Shown here in pieces: positions 28,306-39,155 of a stretch of 64,000 bases of DNA; positions within the stretch are counted from its first letter, which is position 1; each line of letters begins with the position of its first letter. The DNA comes from Promethearchaeia archaeon (GTDB lineage: Archaea > Asgardarchaeota > Lokiarchaeia > Sigyniarchaeales > SOKP01): NCBI GenBank assembly GCA_029856145.1, contig JAHQWK010000028.1, positions 1 to 64,000 on the forward strand, in the 5' to 3' direction. The notes under the pieces are model-generated. The model was not told the origin of the DNA. It saw only the letters and a program-made list of their open reading frames with translations, and searched no databases. The translations under genes were made by a program, and so were the position numbers.

Positions 28306-29595
28306 TTGAAAACTGGAACTCCCTCACAAGAACAATCTTTTAATGTTGATAGGCTATATAATTATGTTAAGATTTTTAGCTTTCCTCGCTTAGTTGGGAC
28401 AAGTGGAGAAAAGAAAGCTGTTGAATTAACAATAAAAACTTTTAAAGATATTGGATTTAATGAGATACAAATCCAAAAAGAACCTTTTAAATTTTCTGAT
28501 TTTTATTCTACTACACTCATAAAGCTAATTATGGTCATTAATTTAACCTTTTCCTTGTTTATCTTGATGTTTGTATATATTAATTTATTTATTACGATCT
28601 TTATAGGGGGAATCATGGCAATTTTTCTTTTTTTACTCGTTAAAGGGCTAAAACATCCTGAAATTCCTGGTTTTTGGGGCGAATATTATGGAAAGATTAT
28701 TTCAGCCACTAATGTTTTTATAAAAATACCAGCCAAGAATCTAACAACTGAAGATGCCGGAAACATTATAATTTCAGCACATTTAGATTCTAAATCTCAA
28801 ACGTTTAAGACATATTGGAGAGTATTTTTTTATAAAGTGTGGTTATATAGTGGGATTTTTCTTGGAGGATTTTTTATAGCTCTATTTATTCACGCCTATA
28901 CTATAATAGAAATAGATCTATTGATATTAGGACTTGGTGTATGGATTTTTACTATATTAATCTCAATTTCAAATATATTTTTAATGTTTTTAAATACTCA
29001 TAATTATTCTCCCGGAGCATTAGATAATGCTTCTGGAATGTCAGTCGTATTTGAATTAAGCAAAAGATTTAAAGAAAACCCACTTGATAACTTCAACGTC
29101 TGGATTTGTCAATTTTCTGCTGAAGAACTGGGAACAATGGGTTCCAGAGTTTTTGTAAACAATCACGAAGGTGAATTTATAAAAGGCAGAATATTTCAAA
29201 TTAATTTAGATATGATTTCTTGCATAAACGAATCCAGAAATCAAATAGAATATCTGAAATCATATGGGATTTTACCTCGAAAGAAAATTGCACCCCTCCT
29301 TAGTAAATACTTAGAAAAAGCTGCTATTGCTGAAAAAGTGAATATAAAAGGATTTCATTTATCAACAGGAGCACATACTGATTCTGTTCCTTTTCATCTA
29401 AGAGGATATGATTCTGTTGACATTGTCACAAGAGCTGGTGCTAAATATACCCATAATAAGGTTGATAGACATGATAAAGTTGATCCTCAAGTATTATTAG
29501 AAGCATGTTTAATAGTTTGGAGAGTAGTTCTTTCTTTAGATAAGGATTATGAAATATTATGTAAAAATCAGGAACTAATATGTGACTTTAATTAA
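28306..29595 (+). CDS. M28-family metallopeptidase with inserted TM hairpins
   Basis: SAHLDS, GALDNASG, AEELG, NLDM, TD, YTH. Confidence 0.88.
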   Translation: MKTGTPSQEQSFNVDRLYNYVKIFSFPRLVGTSGEKKAVELTIKTFKDIGFNEIQIQKEPFKFSDFYSTTLIKLIMVINLTFSLFILMFVYINLFITIFIGGIMAIFLFLLVKGLKHPEIPGFWGEYYGKIISATNVFIKIPAKNLTTEDAGNIIISAHLDSKSQTFKTYWRVFFYKVWLYSGIFLGGFFIALFIHAYTIIEIDLLILGLGVWIFTILISISNIFLMFLNTHNYSPGALDNASGMSVVFELSKRFKENPLDNFNVWICQFSAEELGTMGSRVFVNNHEGEFIKGRIFQINLDMISCINESRNQIEYLKSYGILPRKKIAPLLSKYLEKAAIAEKVNIKGFHLSTGAHTDSVPFHLRGYDSVDIVTRAGAKYTHNKVDRHDKVDPQVLLEACLIVWRVVLSLDKDYEILCKNQELICDFN

Positions 29596-29627
29596 TCAGT
29601 TAAAGAAGAAATTATTGAATTAAGTCG

Positions 29628-30164
29628 TTACATTAACTCTTCGATTTCTTTTTGAATTTTTTCAATTCTGTTTTTGGATTTTTCAAGTAATTTTGTTTTT
29701 CCATATTTACCAAACCATCTATTAAATCTTTCTTGAATTGATACTTCTCTGGTACCAGCCATATGTTTATCTGCTAGACATATGATTTTTTCTTCTAAAG
29801 TCGAAGGTAAATAATCTCTTTCAGGTAAACCTACTTTTTTCGCATCTTCTTTATCTAAACCACCTAATATATGAGTCTCACAGATTCTAGCAAGTTTAAC
29901 TGAAAGTCCTCTATGTTTTAAGATTTTACCCCCTATTAATGCATGTTTAAAACCATGAGTTTTTGTTCTTCCAATATCATGCAGTAAGGCGCCAATTTCA
30001 ATTAAATTCATATCTACTTTAACTTTTTTTATTTTTTGAGCAATTTCTATAGCTTTATCAGCAACTTTTTCTGAATGGCGTCTAACAGAAAGCGGAATTT
30101 TCAAAATCTTTAATAAATCTAATGCAAACTCTCGATCGGGTAAAATCTCTTCTTTATTAACCAT
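29628..30164 (-). CDS. HDIG-family HD-domain protein
   Basis: RRHS, LLHDIGR, CETH, EEKIICLADK. Confidence 0.9.
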   Translation of the reverse strand: MVNKEEILPDREFALDLLKILKIPLSVRRHSEKVADKAIEIAQKIKKVKVDMNLIEIGALLHDIGRTKTHGFKHALIGGKILKHRGLSVKLARICETHILGGLDKEDAKKVGLPERDYLPSTLEEKIICLADKHMAGTREVSIQERFNRWFGKYGKTKLLEKSKNRIEKIQKEIEELM

Positions 30165-30299
30165 TAGTTTTTATAATTTACCAATTAACTTTAAGTTTTA
30201 GATATGTGAAAATTCATTCAGTGGCAATTCTAGCCAAGAACTCTACAATTATAAAAGTGTAAATATCAATATGTGAAAAGAGCAAAGTGGAATATTTTC

Positions 30300-30785
30300 C
30301 TAGAATTCCTCATAAGGCCCGCTTATTAATCCACCAACTGATCCTCCTATTAATACCCCTATTAAAGCGCTAATTATACCTCCTAAAGTCTCAATTAACT
30401 GATTTTCTGTGAATAAAGCCATTAAATCCACCTGAGAAAAAATGCTTAATATAATCCAAATTGATAAAACTATAACAACCACTAATGAACCTGCAATTAC
30501 GCCTCGTCTTAAACCCTTTGCAATTGTACCTGAGATATAACCAATGAAAATCCATGCTAAAATCTCTGGTGCAAAAAAGCCGAGGATGGAAGGAGATCCA
30601 GTGATAAATGAAATCATATCAAAATCAAAATTTGCTCCAACTAATAATGCAGCTATTCTTAATACATCACTTCCAGCATGTAACTCAATTTGATTTAGAA
30701 TAACCATCATATTAAAGAAAAAGGCTGAAAAAAAACTTAATATGACCCCAATGATAATGCTAATAACTAATCGATAGGAAGTCAT
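30300..30785 (-). CDS. Hypothetical Gly-rich membrane protein
   Basis: 4 TM segments with GxxxG. Confidence 0.7.
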   Translation of the reverse strand: MTSYRLVISIIIGVILSFFSAFFFNMMVILNQIELHAGSDVLRIAALLVGANFDFDMISFITGSPSILGFFAPEILAWIFIGYISGTIAKGLRRGVIAGSLVVVIVLSIWIILSIFSQVDLMALFTENQLIETLGGIISALIGVLIGGSVGGLISGPYEEF

Positions 30786-31016
30786 TATTAATACAACTTT
30801 AGAATTAAAACCATGTTTGATAATTATATTCTAAGAATTATAATAATAATAAAAATCATTTTGCCATATTAATACTTTAGTTCTTAAGGTTTTACAAAAA
30901 TCTACTCAATAAAATATTAAAGTTATCATGTATTCAATAATATATTCTTGAATTCGTTGAATTCTAAAATATTTTAATTACATTTACGTCAGAATAAAAT
31001 AAATAAGGCTACAATT

Positions 31017-31844
31017 TTGGCTCGAAAGAAAAAGAAAACCGAAGAAACGGAAGATAAGAAAAAGATCGAAACTATAGAGGATTTTAGCGAAGATCTTGAT
31101 ATCGATTTTGAAGATGATCTTGATCTGGAAGAAGAACTTAACTTATTAGATACTGAAGATATTGAAGCTGGCCTTGAAGTAAAGGATAAACTAATCGATA
31201 AAGATGAAGAAAGAAAACAACTTTACTTAAGTTGTGGTATTCATATTGGAACAAAGTTATTAACGGGGGATGCAAGACGATTTATTTATAGACAGACTAA
31301 TTATGGATTATATGTTATCGATTTAACACAAACAGATGAACGACTTAATATTGCAGCAAAATTTTTAAGTAAGTATGTTGAAGAAGGAAGTGATAGAGTT
31401 ATCGTTACTTCAGTTCGGCGATATGGGAAAGAACCAGTTAAAAAATTTTGTGAGGTACTAGGGTGTAGAGCAATCACTTCGAGATTTATACCAGGCTCCC
31501 TTACAAATCCTATTATTGATACTTATATCAAAGATGCAAGTGTAGTTTTAATTGTAGATCCTCACGCTGATAAAGTAATTTTACATGAAGCTAAATTAGC
31601 TCGAATTCCTGTAGTATCTTTATTTGATACTGATGATACTCTTGATGGGATCGATCTTGCGGTTCCAGCAAATAATCGAGGTAAAAAAGCATTAGGCTTA
31701 GCATTTTGGCTATTAGCAAGGCATATAATGTTAGATCTAGGTAAAATATCGAGTGAAGAAGAGTTTCCCTATACTTTAGAAGAATTTACTTCAAAAATTG
31801 TTCCCGTATATCGTCAAGAACAACAAAGTCAAGCAAGAAGATGA
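31017..31844 (+). CDS. rps2: Ribosomal protein uS2 with acidic N-terminal extension
   Basis: GIHIGTK, RFIPGSLTNP, DTD, PANNRGKKAL. Confidence 0.97.
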   Translation: MARKKKKTEETEDKKKIETIEDFSEDLDIDFEDDLDLEEELNLLDTEDIEAGLEVKDKLIDKDEERKQLYLSCGIHIGTKLLTGDARRFIYRQTNYGLYVIDLTQTDERLNIAAKFLSKYVEEGSDRVIVTSVRRYGKEPVKKFCEVLGCRAITSRFIPGSLTNPIIDTYIKDASVVLIVDPHADKVILHEAKLARIPVVSLFDTDDTLDGIDLAVPANNRGKKALGLAFWLLARHIMLDLGKISSEEEFPYTLEEFTSKIVPVYRQEQQSQARR

Positions 31845-31987
31845 TTTATTAAATATTAATATCTCACTTAATTAAATTTCAATTTCTTATAATAATCCTT
31901 TCACTTTTGAATTATGTATATTAAATTTTTAACATAAAATCAATTATCTTTACATGAAGAATAAACACTCATCATAAACGGATTTTC

Positions 31988-32764
31988 ATGAAAAAAATAA
32001 TAGCGTTTAGTGGTAAGGGCGGTGTTGGAAAAACTACCAGTTTAGCACTTTTTTTAAAATATATTTTAGAAACTAAGAATAAATTGGATATTTTGGTAAT
32101 AGATTCTGACCCTGATGCGAATATTGCTGATGTTATTGGAGAAGAGGTTCAATTCTGCGACACAATTGGCGGAAAGATGAAAATTTTAAAGGATAAAATT
32201 CAAAAAAGACAACTACCTTTAGATGTACCAAAAAACCAAATTATTGAGGGGGATGTCTACAAATGTCTAATAGAGATGAATGAATTTGATCTTTTAGAAA
32301 TGGGTCGCCAAGAAGGAGAAGGATGTTATTGTTATATAAATTCAGTATTAAAGAATGTAATTGATACACTTTCTAAAAATTATGATATTACGTTATTAGA
32401 TTCTCCTGCGGGATTAGAACACTTTGCGCGAAAAACAGGTCGGGATGTGACAGATTTAGTCATTGTTACAGATCCTTCTAAAATGGGGATCCATACGTTA
32501 ACACGCATATTAGATATCACAAAAGAATTAAATTTAAAATTTGAAAATATATGGGTGTTAGGAAATCGCTTTCCAGAAAATTTAAGGGGAATATTAGAAA
32601 AAGAAGTTGAAAATATTAATCAGCAAAACTTGAAATTATTAGGTTTTATTTCAAACAACGATGAGATTAGTACGATTAACTTAACTGGTGGTAACTTGCT
32701 AGATTTATCACGAGATAATTATTCATATCAGGAAGCTAAAGAAATATATGCGAAAATAATATAA
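31988..32764 (+). CDS. cooC: CooC/AcsF-type nickel-insertion ATPase
   Basis: GKGGVGKTT, DSDPDAN, GEGCYCYIN, AGLEHF. Confidence 0.9.
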   Translation: MKKIIAFSGKGGVGKTTSLALFLKYILETKNKLDILVIDSDPDANIADVIGEEVQFCDTIGGKMKILKDKIQKRQLPLDVPKNQIIEGDVYKCLIEMNEFDLLEMGRQEGEGCYCYINSVLKNVIDTLSKNYDITLLDSPAGLEHFARKTGRDVTDLVIVTDPSKMGIHTLTRILDITKELNLKFENIWVLGNRFPENLRGILEKEVENINQQNLKLLGFISNNDEISTINLTGGNLLDLSRDNYSYQEAKEIYAKII

Positions 32765-32766
32765 AA

Positions 32767-33429
32767 TTAAAGATAATCATTAATCTTTTTATTCCGAAAA
32801 CGTTTTTCTACTCCACCTCTCATCCCGGGTAGTTCAAAACACTTGTCAGGAATCATCTTTTTAAAGAAATCCTTATTTTCTCGTTCAGCAATAAATTGTG
32901 AACCGTATAGGGTCTCAAAAATTTGTTCACCAGAAAATTGGATATCTTCGAAATATGGAATAATTGGACGCTCTTTACTAACTCTTTCTACAACTTTTTT
33001 AAAGGGAGATTTAACTTCTTGAATTACTCCTTTTTCATTAATTATCCCAGTTTTGCCAGAAAGTTCATTATGTAAGCAAATTATACCCTGAGGAAATCTT
33101 TCGTGAAAGTAATTTAATATAAAGTCCATTACTCGATGTTTAAGAGCAACAATTCCATATAATACACCTTTATTATTTATTTCTGTTCGTGTAAATTGTT
33201 TCGCACGATATGCTTCAGTAGACACCTCTCTCATCATATGATTAACTTTCTTTGCTAATGGAGTACCTGAATTACGTAGGATTACTTCAGGAGTTCTCTT
33301 AACTTGTCGGATTAGATCAGGAGAAAATTTACAATGTCGGGGAAGATTATTAATCAATTCTTCATGTGAATGTCCTCTGGCACACCCAACAACTTCTAAT
33401 GGATCTTTTTCATTTGCTCCCTTTCTCAT
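32767..33429 (-). CDS. DUF4130-like partner of the DNA-modification/repair radical SAM protein
   Basis: REVSTEAYRAKQFTR, HRVMD..YFHERF, Y..QFI.ER.N; overlaps upstream rSAM gene by 4 bp. Confidence 0.7.
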   Translation of the reverse strand: MRKGANEKDPLEVVGCARGHSHEELINNLPRHCKFSPDLIRQVKRTPEVILRNSGTPLAKKVNHMMREVSTEAYRAKQFTRTEINNKGVLYGIVALKHRVMDFILNYFHERFPQGIICLHNELSGKTGIINEKGVIQEVKSPFKKVVERVSKERPIIPYFEDIQFSGEQIFETLYGSQFIAERENKDFFKKMIPDKCFELPGMRGGVEKRFRNKKINDYL

Positions 33430-34766
33430 ATAATCTCCTTATGGGAAATTTTACTATTATTGAGATCGATAAAATTATGAAGAGTTTTTTGGTTTTGTCC
33501 ATTTATTAAGAGATAAGGATCAGCCCGTTTTAACACTACACCAACAGATTTTAGATCTTGTCGACGTCTAAATGAAAATTTTTGAGATTGCAGATTAATT
33601 ATCCGTTTAGCAGATATTGGACCAATTCCAGGAACTCGGAGTAATTCTTGGTAAGTTGCTTGGTTTGGATCTACTAGTCCATGATCTTTAAAATATTTCC
33701 TTGCTAAATGAATCTTCGGATCTCCCTTAGGTAAATTACCCTCTTCTGTTATAATATCTTTCAAATCATTTAATTTATAATGATATATCCGTAGGAGCCA
33801 ATCACTTTGATATAACCGATGTTCCCTTTCTAATGAAGCCGCTTGTTTACCCGCTAATGGTGTACCTTCGATTGGAATAAAAGCAGAAAAATAAGCACGC
33901 CTTAGATCAATTTCTCGATATCCCCAATCGATTCTTTTGAGTAAGTCATAATCACTTTCATTTTCGGCAGCCCCCACTACAAATTGGGTTGTCTGACCAC
34001 TATTGAGAATTGGAGCACCATCCCATCGAAATTTTTTATACCCATTTTCTCGTCGATCCTTAATCTTTTTTTGTTGGAATTTCAGTTGATTATCTTGCTT
34101 TAAATCTTTCATAATTTTAAGGGTATCTTCATTGTGTCTAATACGAATCTGTTTTAACCAGCGCTGTCGTGTTATAATATCATTGTTGAAATCTTTTTGT
34201 TCTGCGATCTCTGCAAGGTAAGCTTTAGAGGAGGCCTCCATATTTATTGAAATACGATCAGAAAGAGAAATCGCTTCTTTAAGAAGATATTGGCTCACAC
34301 CAGGTAAACACTTAAAATGTACATATCCTCGAAAATTATATTTGAATCGAAGGAGCCTAATTGCTTCTAGCATTTCTTCGGTTGTATCATCTGCACTTCT
34401 ACAAACTCCTGATGAAATGAACACGCCCTCAGCTACATTCATCGAATAGAGCTTCATGAATGTACGAGCATATTCTTCTGGTGTAAAGCTCATCTTTCGC
34501 TTACAACTATGAGAAAAGCAATATTTACAATTGTAGATACATTTGTTAGTATAAAGAGTTTTAAAAAGACTCATGCAACGCCCATCAGGAGTATAACTAT
34601 GACAAATCCCGGCACTTGCAGTAGCCCCAATCCATTTTTTTGAATCTCCAAAAAGTTTTGGATATTTATTTGTACGACTTGAAGCGGTACTGGCACAAAT
34701 ATCATATTTAGAATTTTCTCCTAAAATTCGTATCTTTTCTAAAACAGAAGGCACTTTACCCATCAA
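33426..34766 (-). CDS. Putative DNA modification/repair radical SAM protein with HhH
   Basis: GICHSYTPDGRC, CIYNCKYC, REHRLYQSDWLLR, LLRVPGIGP. Confidence 0.93.
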   Translation of the reverse strand: MMGKVPSVLEKIRILGENSKYDICASTASSRTNKYPKLFGDSKKWIGATASAGICHSYTPDGRCMSLFKTLYTNKCIYNCKYCFSHSCKRKMSFTPEEYARTFMKLYSMNVAEGVFISSGVCRSADDTTEEMLEAIRLLRFKYNFRGYVHFKCLPGVSQYLLKEAISLSDRISINMEASSKAYLAEIAEQKDFNNDIITRQRWLKQIRIRHNEDTLKIMKDLKQDNQLKFQQKKIKDRRENGYKKFRWDGAPILNSGQTTQFVVGAAENESDYDLLKRIDWGYREIDLRRAYFSAFIPIEGTPLAGKQAASLEREHRLYQSDWLLRIYHYKLNDLKDIITEEGNLPKGDPKIHLARKYFKDHGLVDPNQATYQELLRVPGIGPISAKRIINLQSQKFSFRRRQDLKSVGVVLKRADPYLLINGQNQKTLHNFIDLNNSKISHKEII

Positions 34767-34889
34767 TTAAGTAGATTAACATACCCTAATAAGGTATATA
34801 TGTTTAACTCTTGATATTTACCTTATAAAAAGAGGGGGATATAGAATTTTCAAAACAATTTTTATTATCTGAAAAACTTACTAAATTTT

Positions 34890-35309
34890 TTAGGATTTTT
34901 TTAATTCTTTAAGAATGTCACTTCTAATATTTTTAAAAGTTTCTCCTTTATCTGCGAAGGTTGGGATATCCCCATGAGCGGGTTTATAAGAATCTATTCT
35001 TATTCGAAAATATGTACGAATGATATCAATAATTGCATCAGAATAATCCGTCCAGATCCCTGCTTCAATATTTTCATTTAAAAGATCAAGCCAAAAATTT
35101 GGAATTGAAAAAATAATTCTTGATGTATTTGCTACTGACTTGGTAAAAGGGATAATAGTAGTAGGTCTTCCTTCTTTATCCCATTGTTTAGCTGCTGAAA
35201 TTGTCCCATAAGAGCATTTTTCATCAATTACAATAGAAGATTGTTTTTCTCCTTTTTCAAGTCTTTCAATTATACGTGAATATTTTTCTTTATCAATTTT
35301 TCTAGGCAT
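34890..35309 (-). CDS. HTH + RHH DNA-binding protein
   Basis: N-terminal HTH-like segment; IFSIPNFW...YSDAIIDIIR RHH-like segment. Confidence 0.55.
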   Translation of the reverse strand: MPRKIDKEKYSRIIERLEKGEKQSSIVIDEKCSYGTISAAKQWDKEGRPTTIIPFTKSVANTSRIIFSIPNFWLDLLNENIEAGIWTDYSDAIIDIIRTYFRIRIDSYKPAHGDIPTFADKGETFKNIRSDILKELKKS

Positions 35310-35469
35310 ATTAATTTCACCTACTACTATAATATCTACTATTATATTTAAATATTTGTAGTAGAAAAATAGTAGATTTTTGTTAAATTATCTTTATGAA
35401 AAAGGATTAATTTCGTAAAAACATCAAATGATATTTCGAATACTATTAATATAAAAACTAAAATTTATT

Positions 35470-37011
35470 CTATACTATTTTATAAACTGAAAATACCCTA
35501 TTTAATTTTCGTTTTAGTCTATCTGAAAGGTTAAATTTCTCAGAATATAAATTGAAAATGAGCTCATCAATTTTTTTTTGTTCTTGAATGTAATCATAAT
35601 TCATATCTTGCATTTTGTTTTTAATGATTTTTTCTACTAATATCTCAACTTGATTTTTCGTATTTTCGTTCGGTAAGATAAAAGGTAAAGCATGGATTCC
35701 TGTAATTTGTATACTACTAGTATTATTTATAATTCCTTTCGCTAAATAATTATATAAAGAACTATTTAGCAGACCTAAAACATATGGAATCGAGATTGAT
35801 TTATTCTTAAGTATAAATCCAATAGCTTTATTAGAATCCCAATAACATCCTTTTGGCATATAACGCGCTGCTAATCTTGAACTTACTCCACTTATTATAA
35901 TACCTTCTTTTTCAAATGGTACATTTTTAGGAATATCATAATTTTTTATTGACTCTTTTCTCCAATCTAAAGCTTCCATTATTGGTCTATAATATTGATC
36001 TGAGCCACCTCTTTTCAAATAAGGTTTCCACTGATTTGATTCTAAATTTTCACGATTAACAATATTATATTTTTTATCAGGGTTAGTTATTTTCACATTT
36101 CTCCTTTTAAAAATATTCGCAAGTTCTGTACCTTCAATGGCAGCTATGAAACTCTTGTTATTATGTGTGTGCATCCCAATAAATCCTTGTATATAATCAT
36201 CTGATTTAGGGGCCTTTTCAAATAAATCAAGAACTTCTTCTTCAATATCGTTAAAAAAGATGTTAAATGGTAAAGAGTTATATTTAGATTGCTTTATTTC
36301 ATTAACAATCTTAGGAGCTTTGTAATCATTTTCGCTTTTTACTCTAGGGATTATCCTCATAGTACTATTTTCTCTGTTCTTTTTATTTTTATGACCAGAG
36401 CATTTTGTTAAAATAATAATGACAGGACTTGTACTTACATTTTGATTGGAGAACAAGTTTTTTGGTGCTAAAAGAATTTCATTTATTTTACAATTATTAA
36501 GAATAAATTTCCTTAACTTTTTATGGGTACTTAGAGTTAAGAACGAATCACTAGTGATAAATCCTAATTTTCCTCCTTCTTTTAACCTCCAAATACTATT
36601 AATAATAAACATTGCATACGTTTCATGAGCATTTATTTTCCCATAAATTTTTCTTAGTTTTAATTTATTTTTACGGACATAAGTACTTGCCTTGTTTAAA
36701 TATGGTGGATTTCCTACAACAAAATCAAATTCATTATATGTGTTAGGATATAAAGCGAAGAGTGTATCCTGTTCTTTAAAGGAGACCCCTAACTCCTCAA
36801 TTTCATTTTTGAAATTTGGATTGATATCATAAGCTATTATCTGATTCCTATCAATACCAGATTCTAATAATTTCATTATAAAGATTCCAGGACCTACACA
36901 TGGGTCTAAAATTTTGTGGTTTTCTTCAATTTCTCCTAATCTTGATACTATATATTCTGCTGTTTTAGAAGGGGTTAAAACTACTCCTAATTCTTTACTT
37001 TTATATTCGAT
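35470..37011 (-). CDS. N6-adenine DNA methyltransferase (gamma group, TaqI/Eco57I-like); start extended upstream of the ORF-track ATG
   Basis: GVVLTP and ILDPCVGPG (motif I) are in frame upstream of 36876; VVGNPPY; LGLLNS C-terminal target-recognition region. Confidence 0.88.
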   Translation of the reverse strand: MEYKSKELGVVLTPSKTAEYIVSRLGEIEENHKILDPCVGPGIFIMKLLESGIDRNQIIAYDINPNFKNEIEELGVSFKEQDTLFALYPNTYNEFDFVVGNPPYLNKASTYVRKNKLKLRKIYGKINAHETYAMFIINSIWRLKEGGKLGFITSDSFLTLSTHKKLRKFILNNCKINEILLAPKNLFSNQNVSTSPVIIILTKCSGHKNKKNRENSTMRIIPRVKSENDYKAPKIVNEIKQSKYNSLPFNIFFNDIEEEVLDLFEKAPKSDDYIQGFIGMHTHNNKSFIAAIEGTELANIFKRRNVKITNPDKKYNIVNRENLESNQWKPYLKRGGSDQYYRPIMEALDWRKESIKNYDIPKNVPFEKEGIIISGVSSRLAARYMPKGCYWDSNKAIGFILKNKSISIPYVLGLLNSSLYNYLAKGIINNTSSIQITGIHALPFILPNENTKNQVEILVEKIIKNKMQDMNYDYIQEQKKIDELIFNLYSEKFNLSDRLKRKLNRVFSVYKIV

Positions 37012-37040
37012 TAGTAATCAACGCTTTTTTTTATAATATA

Positions 37041-38207
37041 TTAACAACTAAATTCATCTAATATATGATCATCGACTTCTTTTAAAATATCTGTTATAAA
37101 TATACATAGTTTTTTTAAAAGATTCGTGTCGACCTTATCTATAGTATCATTAACAGAATGGACATACTTATATATCTCTAAATCCCCAAATCCAAATCCT
37201 CGGAATCCTTGGCTTTTTAGATATAACCCATCGCTTCTGATGCCAAATGAACTTTTTTTATAGTGAAATCTTAAATTTAATTTCTCAGCACTTTTCTGAA
37301 ATGTATTATACAGATTAATATTTTTATTTGGATTGATAGAACTGCTGAAATATGCTAAACTCTTACCTATGGAATCAAAATTGATAATAATCGATTTAGT
37401 TTTATCTAAATCCCCACATTCATTACAGAAGTGGCGAATTCCCATTGTCCCACATTCTTCAGCACCAGTAAAAACAAACCATAAATTATAATTTTTAAGC
37501 CTTAACTCAGGATTTAAGTAGTAATTTAATAGTTCCAAAACGCTAACAACCCCCGATGCATTGTCTAGTGCGCCATAAGACTTATTGTTAGTGGTATTAA
37601 TCATAAACAGAAAAGTTGTAAAAAAATTGATTCCCACGAAAATTGCACCAATTATATATAACCAAGAGACAATCTGAAGAAAAATTATATAATAAAGAAT
37701 AATAACTATCATAGCAATAACATATGATGTTAACCAGATTCTAATAGTCCAAATTCTAATACTTATAGATAATCTTTGTCCTTTTGAATCTAAATGAGCG
37801 AATAACAAAATTCCTTTTGAGGTATTTTCTTTTTTTTTTGAGGGATATTTTACCACTAAGTTTTGAGAAGGAAGAACTCTTCCAAACTCCAACCTCTCTG
37901 GATTTTTCACAAATAAGAATAGGATAACGAATGCTATCCCAACAGATATCAGGGTTATCTGTTTAAAATATCCCTCAATATTTAAAAAAATTATGAATAG
38001 AAGCCAAAAAGCTAAAGAAAATGCTATTCTAGGATAAACTCTTGAATAAAAGGTGGAAAAGACAAACTCTTGGATCGAGAACGGTAAATTTAGCTCATCG
38101 ATGTCCTTTTTTATTATATTAAAAGCTAAATTCTCTTCTTTAGTTCCAGAAAGTCTTGGAAATGATAACTTTTCCAGATTTTTCCTTATGCTATTACTAT
38201 CAATCAT
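37041..38207 (-). CDS. M28-family metallopeptidase with inserted TM hairpins
   Basis: FAHLDS, GALDNASG, GAEECG, NFD, SD, VHS. Confidence 0.88.
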   Translation of the reverse strand: MIDSNSIRKNLEKLSFPRLSGTKEENLAFNIIKKDIDELNLPFSIQEFVFSTFYSRVYPRIAFSLAFWLLFIIFLNIEGYFKQITLISVGIAFVILFLFVKNPERLEFGRVLPSQNLVVKYPSKKKENTSKGILLFAHLDSKGQRLSISIRIWTIRIWLTSYVIAMIVIILYYIIFLQIVSWLYIIGAIFVGINFFTTFLFMINTTNNKSYGALDNASGVVSVLELLNYYLNPELRLKNYNLWFVFTGAEECGTMGIRHFCNECGDLDKTKSIIINFDSIGKSLAYFSSSINPNKNINLYNTFQKSAEKLNLRFHYKKSSFGIRSDGLYLKSQGFRGFGFGDLEIYKYVHSVNDTIDKVDTNLLKKLCIFITDILKEVDDHILDEFSC

Positions 38208-39117
38208 AATCTTCAGCTATAGGATTTTTATCCATGCATGGAACTTCAAATTGACAAAACGCACATCCGACCGGAAAGCTCGCAAATCTTATTTTCCAAT
38301 TAACACGACGATTATGAGGATTTAAAATTGGACCAATACGAGTTAACATTTTTCTTGCTATTCTTTGACCATATTCGTGACATTTAATTTTATTATGGCC
38401 ATTTGCATCAATAGCATTGGCGGGGCATCTCTCTTCACATTTTCTACAAGTACCCTTTGAATAGTATAAGCAATTTCCATATGGATTTTCACTTTTTCTT
38501 GGAGTAATTTCTAATGGTGCATTAGTCACTACCGAAGCTAATCTGATATTACAACCGATCTCGGTAATCAACCCTTCGTGTAAACTAAAGGTTCCTAAGC
38601 CAGTAGCAAACGCAATGTGACGTTCTGACCAAGTTGAGTAAAATTTTTCCTTTACCAATATACTAAAAGAATCACTTAACATTCCCGCTATCGTTTTATA
38701 ATTTTTTTTCTTAAGATATTCAATAACCTGCCTACATGTATCCTCTTTAAAAGCATTAGCATAATTACGTCCTATACAATATATTTCAGCAGGAAGAGTA
38801 ACTCGTAAAAACTTTTTCACATTCTTGCTTTCTTTACGAATTTTATCATTAAATGGAAAGACGATCGAAATAACTCTTAGATTTGAAGCTGGTAAATTCT
38901 CATATCCTTCTGCTACCCATAATTCAAGTGGAGTTAAATGTTCTGACCCTACAATCTCTTTGTATTTCTGAAAAATTGGGTCATCTCCTTGAGCAACACC
39001 TATTATTGGGGAAGAAAATATTCTATCTCCTCCAAATTTCTCAGGAAGTTGATTAAGTTTACTTGTCTCGAAATAATTTTTTAAAAATTGAGTTAATTCA
39101 GCATTCATAATTATCAA
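38200..39117 (-). CDS. Epoxyqueuosine-reductase-like 4Fe-4S protein
   Basis: WSERHIA, GLGTF, RLASVVT, CRKCEERCP, GCAFCQFEVPC. Confidence 0.82.
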   Translation of the reverse strand: MIIMNAELTQFLKNYFETSKLNQLPEKFGGDRIFSSPIIGVAQGDDPIFQKYKEIVGSEHLTPLELWVAEGYENLPASNLRVISIVFPFNDKIRKESKNVKKFLRVTLPAEIYCIGRNYANAFKEDTCRQVIEYLKKKNYKTIAGMLSDSFSILVKEKFYSTWSERHIAFATGLGTFSLHEGLITEIGCNIRLASVVTNAPLEITPRKSENPYGNCLYYSKGTCRKCEERCPANAIDANGHNKIKCHEYGQRIARKMLTRIGPILNPHNRRVNWKIRFASFPVGCAFCQFEVPCMDKNPIAEDYD

Positions 39118-39155
39118 TAATTTAAAAACATTATATTAACTAAAAATCTAATTAA

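Noticed and set aside
30200-30280. Direct repeat ATATGTGAAAA in the intergenic region
   Set aside because: Only two copies of an AT-rich 11-mer; not a CRISPR array and no supportable function
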